Shown: positions 7,830 to 14,334 of the stretch, piece after piece
Layout of the letters: each line of letters opens with the position of its first letter
Numbering within the stretch: the first letter of the stretch is position 1
DNA from: Verrucomicrobiota bacterium
GTDB taxonomy: Bacteria; Verrucomicrobiota; Verrucomicrobiia; Limisphaerales; CANJSG01
Assembly (NCBI GenBank): GCA_038209745.1
Contig: JBBQXJ010000102.1
Span: forward strand, 1-14,334
DNA length: 14,334 nucleotides
Reading direction: 5' to 3'
Translations under genes and position numbers: made by a program
The notes under the pieces: model-generated
What the model saw: the letters and a program-made list of their open reading frames with translations, nothing else
What the model was told of the DNA's origin: nothing
Database searches by the model: none

Positions 7830-9011
7830 ATGATCACTCCCTGGCTCATCGTGGCGGTCGCACTTGGCGGGATGATCTTCTTCTGGCGGCGGTCCGTCCG
7901 GGTGGCCCGTGAATTGGCACGCACCCGCCGCGAAGCCTCGACCACCGAGACCACGTATCGCGCGGGCCACGCCACCGCGTTGGAAGACCTCACCGGCCGC
8001 CAGGAAGCGCTCTTCAACAGCATGATCGAGGGCGTCGTGGTCGTGGATAGCGAAGGCCACGTCGCCACCGTCAACCGCGCGGCCGAGCGGCTCTTCGGTC
8101 TCCCCGTCGATGTCGCCGGCAAGAGCCTCATCGAGGTCTTCCGTCGCCACGAACTGGCCGACATGTTCCACCGGCTCAAAGCCGAGCCGCTCGTCGTCGG
8201 CGACGAGTTCGTGCTCAGCGGATCCGATCCCCGGCACCTCCAGTTGAACGGCGTGGCCTTGAAGGACGCCGCCGGCCGCTACGACGGCTGCCTGTTCGTC
8301 TGCCACGACGTCACCCGGATCAAGCAGCTCGAAAGCAACCGCCAGGAATTCGTCGCCAACGTCAGCCACGAGCTCCGCACCCCGCTCTCCCTGATCAAGG
8401 GCTACGTCGAGACCCTGCTCGACGGCGCGAAGGACAATCCCGAGGTGCAGACAAAGTTCCTCCGCATCATCGAGAAGCACGCCGACCGCCTCGCCTTCCT
8501 CATCGAGGACCTGCTGCTCCTCTCCAAGCTCGACTCCGGCCAGGTGGTGATGAACTTCCAGAAGCTGGAACTCGCGCCCATCATCGACCAGGTGATGGAA
8601 GACCTCGGCGCCAAGGCCGAAGACCGCCGCGTCACCCTGGTGAACGAGTTTCCAAAAGAGCTCTTCGCCCGGGCCGATGGCGACCGGCTCCAGCAAGTGC
8701 TCTTCAACCTCGTGGACAACGCCATCAAATACGGCTCGGCCGATGGCCGCGTCGTGGTCGGCGGCGGCCCCGTGGCCAGCGGTGTGGAAGTCTTCGTGCG
8801 GGACGACGGCCCCGGCATTCCGGCCGAAGCGCGCGACCGGATCTTCGAGAGGTTCTACCGGGTGGACAAAGCCCGCTCGCGCGACCAGGGCGGCACCGGA
8901 TTGGGCCTCAGCATCGTGAAGCACATCATCCAGGCCCACGGCGGCGAGGTGCGCGTGGAGAGCGAGCTGGGCCACGGCACCGCCTTCTTCTTCACCCTGC
9001 CCTGCGAGTGA
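7830..9011 (+). CDS. phoR: Phosphate regulon sensor histidine kinase PhoR (TM-PAS-HisKA-HATPase)
   Basis: One N-terminal hydrophobic helix, a PAS domain (SMIEGVVVVD...VNRAAERLFG), H-box EFVANVSHELRTPL, N-box QVLFNLVDNAIKY, DDGPGIP, FERFYRVDKARSR and GGTGLGLSIVKH. Confidence 0.93.
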   Translation: MITPWLIVAVALGGMIFFWRRSVRVARELARTRREASTTETTYRAGHATALEDLTGRQEALFNSMIEGVVVVDSEGHVATVNRAAERLFGLPVDVAGKSLIEVFRRHELADMFHRLKAEPLVVGDEFVLSGSDPRHLQLNGVALKDAAGRYDGCLFVCHDVTRIKQLESNRQEFVANVSHELRTPLSLIKGYVETLLDGAKDNPEVQTKFLRIIEKHADRLAFLIEDLLLLSKLDSGQVVMNFQKLELAPIIDQVMEDLGAKAEDRRVTLVNEFPKELFARADGDRLQQVLFNLVDNAIKYGSADGRVVVGGGPVASGVEVFVRDDGPGIPAEARDRIFERFYRVDKARSRDQGGTGLGLSIVKHIIQAHGGEVRVESELGHGTAFFFTLPCE

Positions 9012-9273
9012 ATCCCGCGAGCGGGTGGCGGCACGGCGCAAGGAGCCGACCCCGAGCAAACCCGGATCAACTCATCCGCTGAACGCGGGCTCATTTTGCA
9101 ACAGCGCGGCAAAACCCATCTCCTGCTCCGCTTCGTCCAGCCGTGGGCAGAGTCTGGAGCGCGCTTGGAAACAGTGGAGACGGACGGGAGGGAGCTGGGG
9201 GAGTCTTCAGCGGCGGAGGAGATCCTATCCACCACGGACGGGTCTCTGCCTTCTCATCTACTTTGGTTCGGGG

Positions 9274-10185
9274 TCATCTCTTTTTGATTCTGATATGCTC
9301 CTCCCGGCCGAACCGCTCCTGAACGAAGTGGATGACATCTGCACCGGGAAGCCTCCATGTGTGTGATGGGAAACCCTCTGAACCGGGGGTCGTAGCCGTG
9401 GGCTGTCCGAACATCTGCTCCAGATGCCGCTGAAACTCGTGATATGAACCTGACTGGTCCGCATACGACGTGCGGAAAAACTCCAACTCAATGAGAACTC
9501 CGCCGCCTCGGGAATGGAAATGAAAACCCAGCTCGTGAGACAGACCGCCAAGAGACGTGCAATGGGTGGTGAAGTAACCATGCGTGACGTGGCGCAACCG
9601 CTGTCCGTCGAAAAGCCGCTGCAACTCTGTCTCTGAAACCTTCCACGGTATGAAAAGCTCTGGCTGCTCAATCTGGAATCCTCGCGAAATGTCCATGAGA
9701 TTGTTAGGCGTTGGTTCGATGAACGAGAGAGATCTGAGATGAACATAGCTATGGTAGCAATCGGGGCAGACAACGTCTCGCTCACTGCTCCGGAAATACT
9801 GCGGAGTATCAGAAGCAATCGTCGCCCAACAGATCCCGCAATGATCGTGATCCCACTCCTTCTTCCCCTGGAACTGTCCCTCTGTCCATGTAAGCGGCGC
9901 GAGGGCAATGTATGCACGCTCTCCCCAATATCCGTCGTATAGCTTTAGCGGCTGCCCAATCTCGAATTCCAACGATTTGGGATTCTCGCTCACGAATTTC
10001 CACTGCCGATTCTCTCGGAACCAGCGTCCTTCGATGGGAGGTTCCCCGTCTCGTCCGATATATCCGATCCACCCTTCGCCAATCCAATCCTGACCTACGT
10101 AGTCCTCAGCGGAGACCTCCCCAAAGAGTTCGACCTTGTGATCAATCTCGCTGGCGCGTTTAGGAGTGAAGATCGGCAGGTTCAT
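9274..10185 (-). CDS. Hypothetical two-module protein, or two small genes fused in frame; the N-module has a WDHDHCxxC...CxxC putative Zn-binding motif
   Basis: Long open frame in a visibly lower-GC segment with globular, aromatic-rich composition. Start is uncertain (ATG 10185 MNLPIF or ATG 10233 MQGQ). An internal Met at 9696 (MDISRGFQ) begins a second 140-aa module. Confidence 0.7.
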   Translation of the reverse strand: MNLPIFTPKRASEIDHKVELFGEVSAEDYVGQDWIGEGWIGYIGRDGEPPIEGRWFRENRQWKFVSENPKSLEFEIGQPLKLYDGYWGERAYIALAPLTWTEGQFQGKKEWDHDHCGICWATIASDTPQYFRSSERDVVCPDCYHSYVHLRSLSFIEPTPNNLMDISRGFQIEQPELFIPWKVSETELQRLFDGQRLRHVTHGYFTTHCTSLGGLSHELGFHFHSRGGGVLIELEFFRTSYADQSGSYHEFQRHLEQMFGQPTATTPGSEGFPSHTWRLPGADVIHFVQERFGREEHIRIKKR

Positions 10186-10371
10186 TTTGTTCGCCCAAAA
10201 GAGGAGTAGGCCAAACTCAGTTTGGCCTTGCATGGATATTGTTGGAGTTAGGGGGTCCCATTGATGACAACGCATAACTGGGTGGCGTCCGACCGGCAAG
10301 AGGCGGGTTCGGCCTACAATTCACCCGTGATGCATAGGCTACGAGAGTGTGCTCCAAGTCTGGATCGGCGC

Positions 10372-11655
10372 CTACCGGCACATCTTCTTCGCCACTTCCC
10401 CCAGCCGCTTCACGCCTTCGGCGATGTCGCCGAGGCTGGCGCCGCCGAAGCTGACGCGCATTTCGTTCAAAGGCTTGGGGCGGGTCGGATCGTCGGCGTA
10501 GCAGAGTTCGCCGGGAACGTAGAAGACGTCGGCCTCCAGTGCGGCTTTGAAGAAGGGACTGGTCCGACCGGCCTTGGTCTCCTCCGGCAGAGCGACCCAG
10601 AAATAGAGGCCGCCGTGCGGCTCGGGCCAATGGCAGTTGCGCGGCATGTGTTCGAGCAGCGCGGTGCCCATGACGGCGGCCTTGGCCCGGTAACGGTCGT
10701 GCAGCAGTTCCAGATGCTTGTCGTAGACGCCGGTGCTGAGGGCGCGGGACAGGATCTGTTGGAGGAGGTGCGAGGTGCCGAAGTCGTGGTTGCCCTTCAG
10801 CCGCAGACAGGTGGTTAGCAACGGTTCCGGCAGGAGGCTGAAGCCCACCCGGATGCCGGAGGCGAAGGGTTTGCTGAAGGTGCCCGAATAGATCAACCGA
10901 TCAGCGGCGCCCGCGACGGTCAGCAGCGACGGCACGTCCTGGCCGGCGAAGCGCAGCTCGCGATAGGCGGCGTCTTCCAGCACGAAGATCGGGTGTCCGG
11001 CGGCGCGTTCATACTTCCGCACGAGCTTCATCGCGGCGGCCTTTTTCTCCAGCGACGCGGTGATGGAGCTGGGGTTCTGGAAGTAGCTCACGAGGTAGAG
11101 CACCTTCACGCGCTTGATTTCGCCGGTGCGTTTCAGTCCCTCCAGCTTGGCGGCGAGACTGGCGAGATCCGGGCCTTCGCTGGTCAGCGGAAAGCCGCGG
11201 CAATCGAGGCCCCGGCTCTGGGCGATGGCGAGAAAGACGAAGTAGGTCGGATCCTCCACCAGCACGATGTCGCCCGGGTCGCACAGCGCCTCGCAGACGA
11301 GGTAGAGCGACTGCTGCGAACCGTGCGTCAGGATCATCCGCTCGGGCGAATAGATCTCGGGCAGTTTCTTGGGGGACTTGCCGGTGTCCGCCTTGTGGAT
11401 GCGGCGAGTGGTGAGGTCGCGCAGTTCGAGATCGCCCTGGGTGGAGCCGTATTGCAGGGCGGCCTTGGCGCGGGGGATGTCGTGGAAGATGTCCTCCAGC
11501 AACGCGAGCGTCTCGGTGTGCGGGAGCGTCTCCTGGTCGGTGAAACCGGCGGCGAGGGAGATGACCTTGGGATGCGCGAGGCGCAGGCTCATCAACCACG
11601 AGATGGGCGGCTCTTCGGTGCGGCGGCCGATTTCGGACAGGAAACGGGTCTTCAT
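10372..11655 (-). CDS. PLP-dependent class I/II aminotransferase (2-aminoadipate transaminase LysN/ARO8-like, no HTH)
   Basis: Start ATG 11655 (MKTRFLSE). Motifs ISLAAG, ALQYGSTQG, THGSQQSL, GDIVLVEDPTY, FQNPS, EDAAYREL, PLP-lysine motif GTFSKPFASGIRVGF, PHGGLYFW and MRVSFG. Substrate cannot be determined from sequence. Confidence 0.9.
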   Translation of the reverse strand: MKTRFLSEIGRRTEEPPISWLMSLRLAHPKVISLAAGFTDQETLPHTETLALLEDIFHDIPRAKAALQYGSTQGDLELRDLTTRRIHKADTGKSPKKLPEIYSPERMILTHGSQQSLYLVCEALCDPGDIVLVEDPTYFVFLAIAQSRGLDCRGFPLTSEGPDLASLAAKLEGLKRTGEIKRVKVLYLVSYFQNPSSITASLEKKAAAMKLVRKYERAAGHPIFVLEDAAYRELRFAGQDVPSLLTVAGAADRLIYSGTFSKPFASGIRVGFSLLPEPLLTTCLRLKGNHDFGTSHLLQQILSRALSTGVYDKHLELLHDRYRAKAAVMGTALLEHMPRNCHWPEPHGGLYFWVALPEETKAGRTSPFFKAALEADVFYVPGELCYADDPTRPKPLNEMRVSFGGASLGDIAEGVKRLGEVAKKMCR

Positions 11656-11719
11656 GAAGGCGCGAGCCTGCCAAGCCGGACGCCGGACGGGAAGGACGGT
11701 CTGGCGACGAGGCGGTGTG

Positions 11720-11740
11720 GCAGGCGGGACGCCCGCCTGC
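11720..11740. repeat. Perfect GC-rich palindrome (REP-like hairpin)
   Basis: GCAGGCGGG-ACG-CCCGCCTGC: 9-bp perfect stem with a 3-nt loop, about 65 bp upstream of the aminotransferase start. Confidence 0.5.
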
Positions 11741-12466
11741 AAGTCGATTCGTCGTTTCGCCAATCTTCGCATTGGTCTGGTTGGCAGCTTCTTCGTTCGC
11801 AGTCTACGAACATTCGGTATTTGTGCCTTGAGAACGAAGGCGAAAGGAGCTCAACCAATTCTGTTGCCAAGTGATGCCAAATCTCCCGGTTCAACCGCTC
11901 GGTTCAGAGGTCGAAGCTCCAATTACGCGTCGAGGCCGAAGAAACCGGGCAACGGAGCATGGGCGCGGGCGGGCAGGACCTCTCCGAACAGCAGGAGAAG
12001 GAATCGAGTTGAAAGCGACGTTTCATGGGACTATCCCGTGGCCCGACATCGCGGAACGAGGCGCAACCGTGACCGAGGGCGAACAAGGCGTGCTGGAATG
12101 AAAAGTGTCCGCCAAACCACGCCTCTGCTTCGACCGGGATAGCGCCAAGAGGCGGGCAAGGCATTGGGTTGTTCACTTTGATGTAAGCGAACCTTGCTTC
12201 CCTCTGTGAAGGGTTCGTAGCCAGGAAGCTGTATCCGCTTCATCCCATTGGCACCATGCGTTCCTTGATTGGTGTGTGTGGTTCTATCCTTCAAGAGGAT
12301 CTAGCTTGGACGGGCCGATGATCGGGGCCGACGGTTCCTTTCGGCGCATCCACCTGGTCATCGTGCTCTTCACCGTGAAGGACAGCTTCGACGGACAGTC
12401 GCCCGCAATCCGCGACGTCTCGGAGAAGGCGACCCTCACCGGGGAGAGCCGCCTCACCGTCATGCC

Positions 12467-13825
12467 TTATTCGCGGTGCGCCTGATCCAGGTGCGCGAGC
12501 GCGTTCTTGAGGAGACGGCGCTCGATCCCGACCAGCTCGCGACGCAATTCGTGGTCGGACATCGTCCCGGCCAACGCGCCGAGCAACAGCCCGACGAGAG
12601 CCTCCTTTTGCACCGGCGGCAGGGCGTTGAGCAAAGACAGGATGCCGGGATCAACCGGACGAGGAGGTCCACCGACCGGCAGCACGACACCGTCTCCCCC
12701 GCCGATCAGGCCGATCAGGATGCGGACCGCCTCGCTGAAGCGCTTGCTCACCGCGCTTGCCTGGGAGTCACGGACCGGATTGAACGACCAGGCCCGAAGC
12801 CTGGCCAACGACGATCCCACATGGAAGTAGCCCCCGCCCACGATGAAACCGTTGTCGTTGACCCCGAGGCCGATGTCCGCCCTCCAGTTCGCCGGAAAAT
12901 GGGGACTGAGGTCCTCCACCTTGCCGGTCGCGATGTCATAGCGCATGGGGTATCCGCCCGGATAGAACACCTGCCCCACGATCGCCCCGGCGGCGTTCGC
13001 GTCCCCGGCCCAACTGGCATACAGGCCGGTGTTCCCGGGAGGCAGCAACGAGGGGAGCTCCTTGAAGACCATCGCACCCGGGGCGTTCAGGTCGAGATAG
13101 CCCGCATACTGGTTGTTCAACGGGCTGGCAGATGGATTGACGCGTGAAACGCTGGCCATCACGAGGCCCGTCTTGCTGAGCTTTGGGATGAATCCGTAGG
13201 TGCGGATGCCGATCGGCTGCCACTGGGCCGCTCCGGCGGGAAGCCAATACAGGATGTCGGGATACTCCGGCGGGCAGCCCGGAGGCGCAGTCGGTGGACC
13301 GACGACGGTGGCCAAAACCCGCCCGGCATTGTCGACCCCCACGAGTGAAGGAATTCGATTCTCCAACATCGGCAAAACCGTGAAGCTGCCGGTTACGAAG
13401 TCGTAGAGGAAGCTCTCGGCGAAGCCCGCCGCGTTCACATGCGAGCCGAGCAGGAGGCTATGGTCGTTGAGGTCGATCGCCGACGCGCCGGGTTCTCCCG
13501 GAATCAATGAGTCCAAGGCAACCGCCGCCCCGACCGGTCCGACGAAGCTTTGATAGCCGTAGTCTTCAATCGGACCGCTTGCCACCCGATAGAGGACGTT
13601 GCCGGCGTCGTTGATCCGGAGCGCTTCCGAACGGTTCGGTCCCTCGGCCAATGGCGTCGGCGTTCCGGATTCGTCCCAAAGGGTAGCCTGGGCGAGCGGC
13701 ATCGACGGTCTCAAAGGACCGAACGAGGTGAAAGACTGTCCGACCGCCTGGTTTCCGTTGTTGATGTCATGGACTCCGGTCGAATCGAACGGGTAGGTCT
13801 GGAGGGGCTTTAGTTCCGTGATCAT
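12467..13825 (-). CDS. HAF-type repeat (predicted beta-propeller) protein with a Gly/Pro-rich and helical C-terminal extension
   Basis: Seven repeats of the (A/G)xxINxxGxIVG type: DINNGNQAVG, ALRINDAGNVL, AIDLNDHSLLLG, VGVDNAGRVLA, KLSKTGLVMA, GDANAAGAIVG, LGVNDNGFIVG. No signal peptide is evident. Confidence 0.78.
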   Translation of the reverse strand: MITELKPLQTYPFDSTGVHDINNGNQAVGQSFTSFGPLRPSMPLAQATLWDESGTPTPLAEGPNRSEALRINDAGNVLYRVASGPIEDYGYQSFVGPVGAAVALDSLIPGEPGASAIDLNDHSLLLGSHVNAAGFAESFLYDFVTGSFTVLPMLENRIPSLVGVDNAGRVLATVVGPPTAPPGCPPEYPDILYWLPAGAAQWQPIGIRTYGFIPKLSKTGLVMASVSRVNPSASPLNNQYAGYLDLNAPGAMVFKELPSLLPPGNTGLYASWAGDANAAGAIVGQVFYPGGYPMRYDIATGKVEDLSPHFPANWRADIGLGVNDNGFIVGGGYFHVGSSLARLRAWSFNPVRDSQASAVSKRFSEAVRILIGLIGGGDGVVLPVGGPPRPVDPGILSLLNALPPVQKEALVGLLLGALAGTMSDHELRRELVGIERRLLKNALAHLDQAHRE

Positions 13826-14082
13826 GGAGTGGCGGGGTTTGGATGGTGCAGTTCAAGAAGGGGCAAAAATTTAGGAAACGTTTTCGTCCAGACTGGCTCG
13901 AACCATCATCAACGGCTCACGGGCAAAGAATATGGTGGAGCGGCATGTTGCTTCAGTTGGGCATTTCTATGAACAAACATGAGTGCGCCCTTAGTTGCGA
14001 TGCTCCAGCGTTTCAAGGTATAAAATGGCAGTCCATCCTTTTCTGGAAATTCTCCGAAAACGGAATCCAAGTATTTGCCATT

Positions 14083-14334
14083 TGTAAACGGCGGACGAAA
14101 AGTGAGGCGGGGTCACGGGTGTGACGTGGCGGTCTAAAAGTGCGGCATCTTCATCAACCATCAAGCATGTATCGCAATATGGAACAATGGACCGAGATTC
14201 GGAGACGGGTGTTGGTGGAGTGGGTGAGCCGGCGGCAGATCCTCCGGGAGACGGGGATGCACTGGCAGACGCTCAAGAAGGTGCTGGAGCACAGCCAGCC
14301 GCCGGGCTTACCGGCAGCTGCAGCGCCGGCGGAA
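14083..14334 (+). mobile_element. Left end of an IS21-family insertion sequence, truncated by the window edge
   Basis: Begins with TG (TGTAAACGGCGG...). Two related subterminal repeats, GGCGGACGAAAAGTGAGGC (14090-14108) and GGCGGTCTAAAAGTGCGGC (14128-14146), are typical of IS21 ends. An IstA-like ORF follows. Confidence 0.8.
14167..14334 (+). pseudogene. istA: IS21-family transposase IstA N-terminus, apparently frameshifted; partial
   Basis: Not in the ORF track. Translates as MYRNMEQWTEIRRRVLVEWVSRRQILRETGMHWQTLKKVLEHSQPPG, matching the IstA N-terminal HTH. The expected continuation PPG-YR is broken by an extra T (GGC TTAC CGG at about 14308). Confidence 0.72.

Noticed and set aside
307..9059. 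Long antisense or alternate-frame ORFs (307..1650, 3928..5100, 7533..9059 and others)
   Set aside because: These are shadow ORFs produced by high-GC codon bias of well-supported genes and show no recognisable motifs.
9012..9273. Small ORFs between phoR and the low-GC gene
   Set aside because: No motifs, conflicting frames and no coding-like bias.
11656..11772. Extended start of the aminotransferase
   Set aside because: Low-complexity Arg/Pro sequence running through a palindrome. Family-like sequence begins at MKTRFLSE. There is no GntR HTH, so it is not a MocR regulator.
12276..12485. Short plus-strand ORF containing FTVKDSFDG (faint amidase-like word, coding-like codons)
   Set aside because: Too short, the flanking amidase motifs are absent, and it overlaps the 3' end of the propeller gene. 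At most a remnant; blastx would decide.
13843..14124. 93-aa plus-strand ORF
   Set aside because: Lies in an AT-rich intergenic region, runs across the IS terminus and has no recognisable features.
1..14334. CRISPR array, tRNA, rRNA, integron integrase
   Set aside because: No regularly spaced repeats, cloverleaf, rRNA-like sequence or tyrosine recombinase ORF was seen.

Overview
GC-rich bacterial DNA, tentatively Verrucomicrobia/PVC-like from protein style. Bases 1-9011 (+) hold a complete phosphate-starvation locus: a predicted Pho box, a putative outer-membrane porin, pstS, pstC (with a large inserted domain), pstA, pstB, phoU, a stand-alone receiver-domain protein, phoB and phoR. The stand-alone receiver is about 55% identical to the adjacent PhoB receiver but has no DNA-binding domain, and is the most unusual part of the operon. 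Downstream on the minus strand are a lower-GC ORF that looks like two small genes fused in frame (with integron-core-like heptamers at its boundaries), a class I PLP aminotransferase, and a 7-repeat HAF-type beta-propeller protein with a Gly/Pro-rich C-terminal tail. The window ends in the left end of an IS21-family element whose istA appears frameshifted. All calls come from reading the sequence by eye; no searches were run.
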